From the NCBI GenBank assembly GCA_046581755.1, contig JAYGFR010000155.1, forward strand, positions 1 to 24,978: a DNA stretch of 24,978 nt. Direction: 5' to 3'. Numbering within the stretch: the first letter of the stretch is position 1; each line of letters opens with the position of its first letter. Below are positions 17,703 through 24,978 of this stretch, piece by piece. A program made the translations under genes and the position numbers. This stretch comes from Nitrospinota bacterium. Lineage in GTDB: Bacteria > UBA8248. The notes beneath the pieces are model-generated. The model worked only from the letters and a program-made list of their open reading frames with translations. It had not been told where the DNA came from and made no database searches.

Positions 17703-17897
17703 GGAAATGCCGATTCTAACTTAAAGGCACGTCTGGAATCTTTGCAGTTGGATGGAATGCGGTTCGGCGTCTGCGGCAACACGATGAAGCGCTTCAAGAT
17801 TTCCCTGAACCAACTCCCCCAGGGCTCCAACCACCTCAAGCAGGGCGGTATCGTTCGGGTAATGGAGGCTCAAGAGGAGGGCTACGCCCGGCCATAG
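17703..17897 (+). pseudogene. 5'-truncated paralog of the downstream DsrE-family gene
   Basis: 17721-17897 reads LKARLESLQLDGMRFGVCGNTMKRFKISLNQLPQGSNHLKQGGIVRVMEAQEEGYARP*, 41/60 identical to the C-terminus of 18077..18568. In-frame TAG at 17700 and no N-terminal half. Confidence 0.85.
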
Positions 17898-18076
17898 GTG
17901 CGCGGGGCCGTCTCCCGGGGCGGTTCCCTTGTCCAATCGGGTTAGGCGTCAGCGGGCGTATTTTGGCCGGTATGGCAATTGAAGTCGATGGGAAATTGGA
18001 GTCGATAAGGTAAGGGTGGCCGCTCCAGGTGGGGCTGCTCCACGCAAGGACGGGGAGTCCGAGAAGGGTAAGGACG

Positions 18077-18568
18077 ATGGAGAGCAATTCGGATCGGAGG
18101 TCTTTTCTTCGCACGGGTCTGGCGGCGTTTGGCGGTCTGCTCGCCGCGATGGGAAGCCGCATGGGCGGGGACGCGGAAGCGGCCCACACGAAAATGGGCG
18201 TCGGCAGCAAAAAGCATAAGGTGGTCTATCACCTGAGCTCACGCAACTGGAAGCACGCCATGTTCAATCTGGGAAATATCAAGAATCATATGAAAGGCGT
18301 TGGCGGCCCCCGGAATCTGGACGTTCACATCGTGGTCCACGGACCCGCGCTCCCCAATTTCACCAAGAAGAAGATCAACAAAAAACTCAAGGCGCGGCTG
18401 GAGACGCTTCAACTGGATGGTCTGAAGTTCGGCGCCTGCGGCAACACGATGAAGCGTTTTAAAATTACGATGGATCAGCTTCCCCAGGGCGCGATTCATG
18501 TTCCCCAGGGCGGTGTCGTAAGGCTGGCCGAGCTCCAAGAGCAAGGCTACGTATACCTTCGCCCCTAA
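18077..18568 (+). CDS. Tat-exported DsrE/DsrF-like family protein
   Basis: DRRSFL twin-arginine signal with AEA cleavage site; KVVYH, N..N, IVVHGPAL, ACGNTM catalytic Cys, GVVRLAELQEQGYVYLRP. AAGGA RBS before ATG 18077. Confidence 0.9.
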   Translation: MESNSDRRSFLRTGLAAFGGLLAAMGSRMGGDAEAAHTKMGVGSKKHKVVYHLSSRNWKHAMFNLGNIKNHMKGVGGPRNLDVHIVVHGPALPNFTKKKINKKLKARLETLQLDGLKFGACGNTMKRFKITMDQLPQGAIHVPQGGVVRLAELQEQGYVYLRP

Positions 18569-18676
18569 CCGGCGGCGATGGCGTATTTGAGGAAGCGAAG
18601 GGGATGGATTGGCGGCGGGGGAAGGGTCTTTGCCTCTCATTCGCCACCTGAAGGTACGGGGGCGGCAGGGGTTGCA

Positions 18677-19243
18677 ATGCATTCCGATTGCGTGAATCGG
18701 ATTTATTCAGTTCTGCGAGCAATGCGTGCAATGGCTTGCGGCGCGGTGATTCTCGTTGCGGCGGCAATAGGCACAGTGCCGGAAACATAGGCCGCCGAGA
18801 GGGGAAAACCCGCTCCCGGGATTGATCTTCCTTATGCCGATGGCGGAAGATTCAAACTCTCCAATTTTAAGGGGAAAGTGGTCCTCATCTCCTTTTGGGC
18901 GACATGGTGTCCTCCCTGCCGGGAGGAAATGCCGACGATGGAGAAATCATACAAGGACTATATGAAAAAAGGATTTGCCGTCATCGGAATCAATACGGAT
19001 GTCGGCGCTATGGAAAAGGTGACCGGGTTTATTCGAGAACTCAATCTTTCGTTTCCCATCGTCCTGGACTCGGAACATGTTTCAAAACGTGCTTATCAGG
19101 TCCGGGGTATGCCGATGAATTTCCTCATCGACAGGGAAGGAAGGGTGGCGAGGATCGTCTATGGGGCCCTGGATTGGTCGGGGGGGCCCGCCTGCCGGGT
19201 TATCGAAAAATTATTGAAGGAGGATTTTTCAAAGATCGATTAG
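18677..19243 (+). pseudogene. TlpA/ResA-like thiol:disulfide oxidoreductase with an in-frame TAG at the end of the signal peptide
   Basis: One continuous frame: ...AMACGAVILVAAAIGTVPET*AAERGKPAPGIDL...KLSNFKGKVVLISFWATWCPPCREEMP...YQVRGMP.NFLIDREG. TAG at 18788-18790. Start codon uncertain. Confidence 0.8.
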
Positions 19244-19354
19244 AGAATTTTGGTAGCCGGCTCGATGGGGGCTCCTGAGTCAGGGATCGGGGCTCCAGTA
19301 TCTTTGTTGACGGGCCGGTTACGAGGGGAGTCACAAACAAGGAGGAAATGGATC

Positions 19355-20662
19355 ATGAGCAAGTATTTGCGTTTGGCGGCTTTGACGGGTGTGGTGTTCC
19401 TTCTGGCCCTCGCCGTTTCGTTTGGCGGAAAATCCGAGGCCGCCGGCGGCAAGGTCCTCGACAAGGTTTTTTACGGAGACACCTGGACCTGGCCCATGGA
19501 GGCTGGAATCCTCAAGCATTTCAAAAGAGGAATGTTCTTCGTTCCCGTGCAGGACGATGGGGCAATCGCTATCATCGATCCCGAAAAACCCGGCTTCGGA
19601 ATCAAGCTGGTCAAGACCGATTATGTCCAGCCGCACCATCCGTGGATCGCTCCTGGGATGCGCCACGTCTGGATCAACTTTCAGTCCGAGCGCAAGGGCG
19701 ATCATGATGCCATCGGGATTCTGGACTCCCAGACCCACAAGTTCGTCAAGTACATCAAAAACGGCATCAACGATCCCTTCCACGGGGCGTTCAGCCCGAC
19801 GGAGGATTTGCTGATTTCGGGCGACATCGATCTCAAAGGGGGCCATGTCCATTTGATGGACACGAATACGCTTAAGCTCGTGGCTTCCATTAAGACGACC
19901 GGAAAGCGCACTCGCGACATCACCATCACCCACGACGGCCGCTACGCTTTTATTGGCCACCAAGGCTACAACCCAAAAAAGGGCTTGATGGGCTCGGTGG
20001 ATGTTCTCGACATCAAGAAGAGAAAGATCGTGGCTTCGCTCGGTGAAGGACGCTGCCGTTCCGGGAAGATGAGCAACAACGGAAAGGTCGTGTTTTATAG
20101 CTGTGACCGGAAAGATTACATCGTCGCTATCGACACAAAAACGCTGAAAGTGATCGGCAAGATCAAGGTGCCCAAAAAGAGCCGGCCCTTTAACATCACT
20201 TTCCGCGCGGACGACAAGTACGCCTACGTGGGCCTTCTTCGCATAGGCAAGGTCGGGGTGATCGACGTCGATCAACTGAAGATGGTTAAAACGCTGAAGT
20301 CCGGAAAGCGTACAAACTCGACCTACATCCATCCGTATGTGCCTCTTGCCGTGGTGACAAACGATGGCACGGAAAATACGGTTTCGGTCTTGGACATAAA
20401 CAAGAACGAGATTATTTACACCATCGAAACGGACGGGAAGGGCACCCACAACGCCGCCTGGTCGGCCGATGGGCGTTTCATGGTGGTAAGCAACCGCCTG
20501 GGGGACTCCGCTACGGTTCTTCGCTACGATCCCTCCGATGGAAAAATCAAAAGAGTGGGGAAGGCGAAAATTGGGTTTGGAGCGAACGGCGTTCAGTGGG
20601 CACCTTATTTTTCGGGCGTGAAATTTTTGACGAAAACGAATTATAAATCGGCCAAAAATTAA
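19355..20662 (+). CDS. Secreted YVTN/YncE-type 8-bladed beta-propeller protein, function unknown
   Basis: AAGGAGG RBS; Sec signal MSKYLRLAALTGVVFLLALAVSFGGKSEA; ~42-aa repeats such as DGRYAFIG, VGVIDVDQLKMVKTL and VSVLDINKNEIIYTI. Confidence 0.85.
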   Translation: MSKYLRLAALTGVVFLLALAVSFGGKSEAAGGKVLDKVFYGDTWTWPMEAGILKHFKRGMFFVPVQDDGAIAIIDPEKPGFGIKLVKTDYVQPHHPWIAPGMRHVWINFQSERKGDHDAIGILDSQTHKFVKYIKNGINDPFHGAFSPTEDLLISGDIDLKGGHVHLMDTNTLKLVASIKTTGKRTRDITITHDGRYAFIGHQGYNPKKGLMGSVDVLDIKKRKIVASLGEGRCRSGKMSNNGKVVFYSCDRKDYIVAIDTKTLKVIGKIKVPKKSRPFNITFRADDKYAYVGLLRIGKVGVIDVDQLKMVKTLKSGKRTNSTYIHPYVPLAVVTNDGTENTVSVLDINKNEIIYTIETDGKGTHNAAWSADGRFMVVSNRLGDSATVLRYDPSDGKIKRVGKAKIGFGANGVQWAPYFSGVKFLTKTNYKSAKN

Positions 20663-20674
20663 GATTGGCCGGCG

Positions 20675-20708
20675 TTGGGGGGGCGCCTGAGTAGGGCGGC
20701 CCCTCCAG
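20675..20708 (+). terminator. GC-rich hairpin after the propeller gene (weak terminator or mRNA-stabilising stem)
   Basis: TTGGGGGGGCGCCT-GAGTA-GGGCGGCCCCTCCAG imperfect stem. The T-rich tract is displaced downstream. Confidence 0.3.
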
Positions 20709-20774
20709 GCGTGGCTGTTTGGGTTTTGCGGCTTGAGCCGGCATCGCGCCGTCTACAGCGGGAGGAAAATCATA

Positions 20775-21254
20775 ATGGCTGAAAATTGGAAAATGACGCG
20801 CCGGGTCTTTATGTGCTCATTGGCGCTGGCCGGAGCGGGAGGCGCCCTGGGCATTTTGGGAGGGGGCGTCCGAAATGCCGTGGCGATTCCTGCCCTGGGA
20901 GGAATTCAAAAGGCCAAAGATCCGAAGAATTTATCACTACACGAGAAAAGCCATTTGCCGGATATCCAACTTCCGCTCATCGCCGAAGACGGGTCGAACG
21001 TTCCCATCATTATCGATATGCATCATGAGCAGAAATCGGCCGACTACATCAAAACCATCGAGATTTTCAATTTTAACGACCCGGTGATCAGCAAGGGCAT
21101 CTACCATTTCACACCGGCCGCCGGTCAGGTCCATTTTTCGACTCAGCTTCGGATGAACGGCGGCGACGCGAACGTATACGTTGTGATCGAATGCACGAAA
21201 CATGGCAAGTGGGTGGCGCATAAGTCCCTGAAAGTTTCCGTCGGCGGATGCTGA
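20775..21254 (+). CDS. soxY: SoxY-like sulfur carrier (Tat-exported) with superoxide-reductase-like metal motifs
   Basis: TRRVF Tat signal; SoxY motifs PLIAEDGSNVP, STQLRM and KVSVGGC; additional EKSHLP, HHEQ...DYI and ECTKHGKW. GGAGGA RBS. The symbol denotes family, not proven orthology. Confidence 0.8.
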   Translation: MAENWKMTRRVFMCSLALAGAGGALGILGGGVRNAVAIPALGGIQKAKDPKNLSLHEKSHLPDIQLPLIAEDGSNVPIIIDMHHEQKSADYIKTIEIFNFNDPVISKGIYHFTPAAGQVHFSTQLRMNGGDANVYVVIECTKHGKWVAHKSLKVSVGGC

Positions 21255-21282
21255 ATAACAAAACTGGAAAGGCATAAGTATC

Positions 21283-21723
21283 ATGGCGAAAGCGGAGAAA
21301 AAGCCCAAGGTTCTTTTTACCCCCGACGAATTATTCGAGATGCGCGAGGCGGAGGAGGATCAAATCGAGGAAGAGAAGAAATACAAGATGCAAAAACCGC
21401 GGATGCGCATCCCCCGGAAAATCGCAAAGGGCGATATTATTCGGGTTCAGGTGAAGATCAGCCACCCGATTCGGACGGGACTTCGGTTTACGCCGATCGG
21501 CACATTTGTGCGCGGGCGGGCGCCGTTTTACATCCGTCTTGTCGAGGTGTTTTACGGTGGCGAATTGGTGACCAAGCTGGAGCCGAATTCGGCGACGAGC
21601 GACGATCCTTTATTAGGTTTTCATCTGAGAGCCGATAAAGAAGCGCCCATTCGGATTGTGTTTACCAATCACCGCGACGATCAATCGGAAGTTTCAAGGA
21701 TGGTGAAATTCACCGCCAATTAG
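21283..21723 (+). CDS. soxZ: SoxZ-like protein with an acidic N-terminal extension
   Basis: V.VKISHPIRTGL (canonical HPMxTG), P.FYI..VEV, SDDP..GF.L, I...N..DD. Directly follows soxY. No signal peptide. Confidence 0.8.
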   Translation: MAKAEKKPKVLFTPDELFEMREAEEDQIEEEKKYKMQKPRMRIPRKIAKGDIIRVQVKISHPIRTGLRFTPIGTFVRGRAPFYIRLVEVFYGGELVTKLEPNSATSDDPLLGFHLRADKEAPIRIVFTNHRDDQSEVSRMVKFTAN

Positions 21724-21733
21724 GGGAACCTCA

Positions 21734-21761
21734 CGCCCTCCCGGCATTCGCTGGGAGGGCG
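21734..21761 (+). other. Strong intergenic hairpin after soxZ, no U-tract
   Basis: CGCCCTCCCGGC-ATTC-GCTGGGAGGGCG, a 12-bp stem with one G-U pair. Confidence 0.6.
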
Positions 21762-21787
21762 GATGATGGCGACGGAAGGAGGGTTGC

Positions 21788-22294
21788 ATGTACCGTGTCA
21801 GGCAAGGATTTTTAAATTATTTGATGCTGCCGGTAGCGGTTTGGATATCCCTCGCCTTCATTTCATCGGCCTATGCTGTCGAGCCTCCAAACGAGTTTTA
21901 TTTCACGGTCCGGGTGGAGGGTGAATTCAGCCAGGTCGTGGCCGACTTGAAGAAAGCGATTCGCGTCAACAATTATTTTGTCGGTGAAATGACGAATGTC
22001 GATACCGGCCTGAAAAAACGTGGTGAGCTGAAAAAGGTAGGCGTCGCGCACTACAAAATTATCGGGTATTGCAACCTGAGTCTCGCCGGGCAGGCCCTCC
22101 GTATTAATCCCAATATCGGGGTGTTCATGCCTTGCAGGCTTGCCGTATACCAGAAGACGGGCTCGAAGGAGGTGATCGTCGCCGCGATGCGTCCCACCTA
22201 TATGGCCCGTGTTTTTAAAGACCCCGGGGTAAAGAAAATGGCAGAGGAGGTGGAAAAAGTCCTTCTCCGCATACTCGATGCGGTTCAGTTCTAA
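21788..22294 (+). CDS. Exported DUF302 domain protein
   Basis: Signal peptide ending AYA; YKIIGYCN...A..AL..NP.IGVFMPCRLAVY; GAAGGAGG RBS. Confidence 0.88.
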   Translation: MYRVRQGFLNYLMLPVAVWISLAFISSAYAVEPPNEFYFTVRVEGEFSQVVADLKKAIRVNNYFVGEMTNVDTGLKKRGELKKVGVAHYKIIGYCNLSLAGQALRINPNIGVFMPCRLAVYQKTGSKEVIVAAMRPTYMARVFKDPGVKKMAEEVEKVLLRILDAVQF

Positions 22295-22348
22295 TTGATT
22301 GGAGAGGCGCCGCCGAGCGAAGTTATGGATATTGAATACTGGCCTGAT

Positions 22349-24001
22349 ATGCGAGACGTGAACAGCGAAAATTATTTTTTGAAAATAAAAAGCCGCCTGG
22401 CAGTTTTGATTATTACAGGAATTTCCGCCTTTTTGATTTTTTCCGCGTTTCTTTTTTCCGTCCCTGCTGCAAACCCTCATACCCATTCGAAATCGATGAT
22501 TCGCTACCGCGAATATTCCCGGTGGGCTTTTGAGGCTGCCTCCAGGGAAAACAAGCCGGTTCTAATGGTTATGAGCGCCGTTTGGTGCAGTTGGTGCGCG
22601 AAATATAACCGGGGCGCATTGAGCGATTCGAATGTCATCAATTATCTCAATAATTATTTTATCAGCGTCTTCGTTGATATCGATCGCCGCGTGGACTTGA
22701 AACGCAAATACGTCCGGGGGATTCCGACAACAGTGGTTTTCTCCCCGAAGGGGCATGTAGTCCGGTCGTTTTCCGGAGTCTTAAAAGGGAAAGATCTTCT
22801 CTGGTTTCTCAAAAAAGCACGCAAAGAAGCCCTTCGAGCCGTATCGGCGCCCGAAAAAGCAATGACGGCCAGCGCGGGAGCCACTGAAATCCTGAACCGC
22901 AAGGAGTTGCTCCGGGAAGTCGATGAATACTTGGAAAAATTTTTCGATAAGCGGTACGGAGGATTCGGCGAGGTGAAAAAATTTCCCCGGGGATGGGTTC
23001 TCGCTTATTTGATGGATCGGTACGACCGCGATCGAAATAAGCGGCACTTGGAAATGGTTTTGAAGACCATCGAAGGAATGCTTGGCGGCCTCTACGATCC
23101 GGTTGAGGGTGGATTTTTCCGCTACGCAACGAAGCGCAATTGGGGAGCTCCCCGGACTGAAAAAATTTCTGCCGTCAATGGAGCTCTCTTGCCGGCCCTT
23201 TACCGGGCCTCTTCCGTATCCGGTAACCGGCGATATCGTCGGGCAGGCAGCCGGACCGCGAAATTCATAATAGATCGCCTTTACGACCGGAAAGCCGGTG
23301 GTTTTTTCGGGAGTCAATCGGCCCGGGGAAAGTACTACAAGTTAGATGCCGCGGGCAGGAAAAATGTGCCCCCTCCTCCCTTAAACCGGACCAAGTACAC
23401 CGCATGGAACGCTCAAGTGGTATTGGGTCTCATTGAGGCGGCCCGTATCATCCGATCATCTCACTGGAAAGAAGAAATTCTCCGAACCATGGATTTTATG
23501 CGGCGCGTTTTGCTGACGGACGAAGGAGTTTGGAATGAAGAGAGCTCCCGGAACAGGAGCGCTCCTCTACTGGGGCAGCTGGAGAGCAATTCATGGGCGG
23601 CGCTCGCGTTTGTGGAGGCCTACATCGCCTACGGGCGAGCCGAAGATCACCTGGCGGCCCGGCGGATTATCGAATATTCGATCCGGTGGCTGTTTGATCG
23701 GCAAAGCGGTATTTTCATCGAATGGAGAAACCCACAACCGGAGCTTCTCCGGCGGGGGGAGGATATATCCACCGAGGCGCCGATAGATTTGAACGGTGTC
23801 ATGGCTCTGGCGTTGTTGCGGCTGGGTCGCCACGAGAGAGACGGGCGTTATATCGGCATCGCCAAGAGGGTGCTCAATAAATTTATTGGCAAAGCAATAA
23901 AAGACCTCCGTGCCGGGGACGCATGGGACGATGACGGGAGGATATTGGCGCGGGTGATTTTTGTTTTACGGGCTTACGATTTGTTCCTGGAGCGTGCTTG
24001 A
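22349..24001 (+). CDS. Exported thioredoxin (DUF255) plus (alpha/alpha)6-barrel protein, YyaL/SPATA20-like
   Basis: AFEAASRENKPVLM...AVWCSWC, YLNNYFISVFVDIDRR.DL, GIPTTV, D..YGGFG..KKFP, GLYDPVEGGFFRYA, GGFFGSQ, TAWNA; hydrophobic N-terminal signal. Start uncertain (22295-22358). Confidence 0.85.
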   Translation: MRDVNSENYFLKIKSRLAVLIITGISAFLIFSAFLFSVPAANPHTHSKSMIRYREYSRWAFEAASRENKPVLMVMSAVWCSWCAKYNRGALSDSNVINYLNNYFISVFVDIDRRVDLKRKYVRGIPTTVVFSPKGHVVRSFSGVLKGKDLLWFLKKARKEALRAVSAPEKAMTASAGATEILNRKELLREVDEYLEKFFDKRYGGFGEVKKFPRGWVLAYLMDRYDRDRNKRHLEMVLKTIEGMLGGLYDPVEGGFFRYATKRNWGAPRTEKISAVNGALLPALYRASSVSGNRRYRRAGSRTAKFIIDRLYDRKAGGFFGSQSARGKYYKLDAAGRKNVPPPPLNRTKYTAWNAQVVLGLIEAARIIRSSHWKEEILRTMDFMRRVLLTDEGVWNEESSRNRSAPLLGQLESNSWAALAFVEAYIAYGRAEDHLAARRIIEYSIRWLFDRQSGIFIEWRNPQPELLRRGEDISTEAPIDLNGVMALALLRLGRHERDGRYIGIAKRVLNKFIGKAIKDLRAGDAWDDDGRILARVIFVLRAYDLFLERA

Positions 24002-24073
24002 AGGTTGGCTGGAGCCGGATTCGAGGCCGTTTCCTCAGATGCGGCGGAAACGCGGAAGTTCATGGAGGAAAAG

Positions 24074-24502
24074 ATGCATAGGAATTTTTATCGAATTTTA
24101 CAAACATTATTGTACTTCATTTTAGCGGGCGTGATTCTATCGGGCTCGGCCGCCTGGGCGGCGGAAAAATATTATTACGACTGGACCGCTCCGCCGGAGA
24201 TCGCCTCCATGAAAAATCCATATTCCGGTAATCCGGGCGTTCGAAAAGAGGGAGGGGCCGTTTATCAGAAATGGTGCCTCCGTTGTCACGGGCGCAAAGG
24301 AGACGGCGAGGGGAGCAGTTCGCTGAGCCTCCGGATACCGCCGGGGGATTTTACGGACAAAAAACGAATGAATGCACAGACGGATGGGACGCTGTTTTGG
24401 AAGGTGCGCGTTGGCAGGGGCGAAATGCCTCCGTGGCAATTGATTTTAAGGAAAGAGGAAATCTGGAAGGCCATCGGGTTCATCCGGAAATTCTCGAAAT
24501 AA
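24074..24502 (+). CDS. Monoheme class I cytochrome c
   Basis: GGAGGA RBS, signal ending AWA, CLRCH, G.GEG, P.DFT, DG.LFWK...GRGEMP with axial Met. Confidence 0.92.
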   Translation: MHRNFYRILQTLLYFILAGVILSGSAAWAAEKYYYDWTAPPEIASMKNPYSGNPGVRKEGGAVYQKWCLRCHGRKGDGEGSSSLSLRIPPGDFTDKKRMNAQTDGTLFWKVRVGRGEMPPWQLILRKEEIWKAIGFIRKFSK

Positions 24503-24563
24503 GGCGCCTCATGGAGAACAGATGCGTTTGCCGGGCACGAGCGAGATGGACCTGCCGCTAGCT

Positions 24564-24978
24564 ATGAGAAAGCCAATAAAGCTCGGCGGGATTGTCCTGG
24601 TGGCATTGTTGGCGCATTCAGTGGAGGCGGAGGCCGCGCCCCGGGCACCGGATTCCGCAAAAGCGTTTCGACACTACTGTGCCGCTTGTCATGGGCCGGG
24701 AGGCCGGGGCGACGGTCCAAACGCCCAGTTTCTCGACCCGCCGCCCCGCGACCTGACCCGGCGGCGCTATATGCGCCGCATCACAAAGGGCCAAATTCGC
24801 CGGGTGATACGCGATGGCGGCGCGGGGACGGGCCGGTCGGCTTTCATGCCGCCTTTCGGCAAGACGATTTCTGCTGGCTTGATCGACGAGCTCGCATCCT
24901 ATGTAAAGGCGTTTTCAAAGCGGGAAAAAATGGACCTGCCCAGGGAAGGCAGGGCCCAAAAAGGAAAAAGGCTCGTTG
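24564..24978 (+). CDS. c-type cytochrome, partial (runs off the window; probably multi-domain)
   Basis: MRKPIKLGGIVLVALLAHSVEAEAA signal, YCAACHGPGGRGDG, PRDLT, GRSAFMPPFG. The frame is still open at ...AQKGKRLV, which resembles the start of a second cytochrome c domain. Not in the ORF track. Confidence 0.9.
   Translation, partial: MRKPIKLGGIVLVALLAHSVEAEAAPRAPDSAKAFRHYCAACHGPGGRGDGPNAQFLDPPPRDLTRRRYMRRITKGQIRRVIRDGGAGTGRSAFMPPFGKTISAGLIDELASYVKAFSKREKMDLPREGRAQKGKRLV

Noticed and set aside
2024..18790. Amber recoding or pyrrolysine as an explanation for in-frame TAGs at 2024, 16290, 17700 and 18788
   Set aside because: TAG is the ordinary terminator of HIT, qmoC, GNAT, rrf2, tlpA and soxZ, and most TAG-containing frames also have frameshifts or truncations.
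19331..20449. 372-aa minus-strand ORF and similar long antisense or alternate-frame ORFs (1155..1811, 2097..2837, 10844..11581, 21863..22486)
   Set aside because: They overlap well-supported genes and carry no recognisable motifs.
19355..20662. Calling the propeller NirS, NosZ or thiocyanate dehydrogenase
   Set aside because: No CxxCH or CuA domain, a Sec rather than Tat signal, and only a partial match to their ligand patterns.
21243..21290. Selenocysteine read-through at soxY GGC-TGA
   Set aside because: The downstream sequence is A-rich with no SECIS-like hairpin, and read-through would run out of frame over soxZ.
24546..24940. 11-nt direct repeat ATGGACCTGCC near 24546 and 24930
   Set aside because: Too short to distinguish from chance and has no associated structure.

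Overview
Bacterial window dominated by sulfur metabolism, flanked by mobile-element debris. Left (1-4.8 kb): the left end of an IS-like element, an intact high-GC npdG (NADPH:F420 oxidoreductase), and a decayed integrative element (terminase C-terminal relic, DUF2924, large serine recombinase pseudogene, AACAGGGAA repeat cluster). Middle (4.8-15.9 kb, minus strand): an intact LysR-sat-aprB-aprA-qmoA-qmoB-qmoC-HIT block plus a GNAT acetyltransferase. At 16.3-16.6 kb lies a second, ~80% identical IS left end with a dead transposase start. Right (16.7-25 kb, plus strand): a mostly exported thiol/sulfur-carrier cluster comprising a Cys-less Rrf2 regulator, rhodanese, a DsrE fragment, a Tat-exported DsrE, a TlpA thioredoxin with an in-frame TAG, a His/Arg-lined 8-bladed beta-propeller, a SoxY-like protein with superoxide-reductase-type metal ligands ending in GGC, a SoxZ-like protein with an acidic extension, DUF302, an exported YyaL/DUF255-type protein and two c-type cytochromes (the last runs off the window). 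No soxA/X/B/C/D or dsrAB genes are visible. The best candidate for an undescribed system is this SoxYZ-variant/beta-propeller periplasmic module beside Sat-Apr-Qmo. All family calls come from motif recognition by eye; no database search was run.
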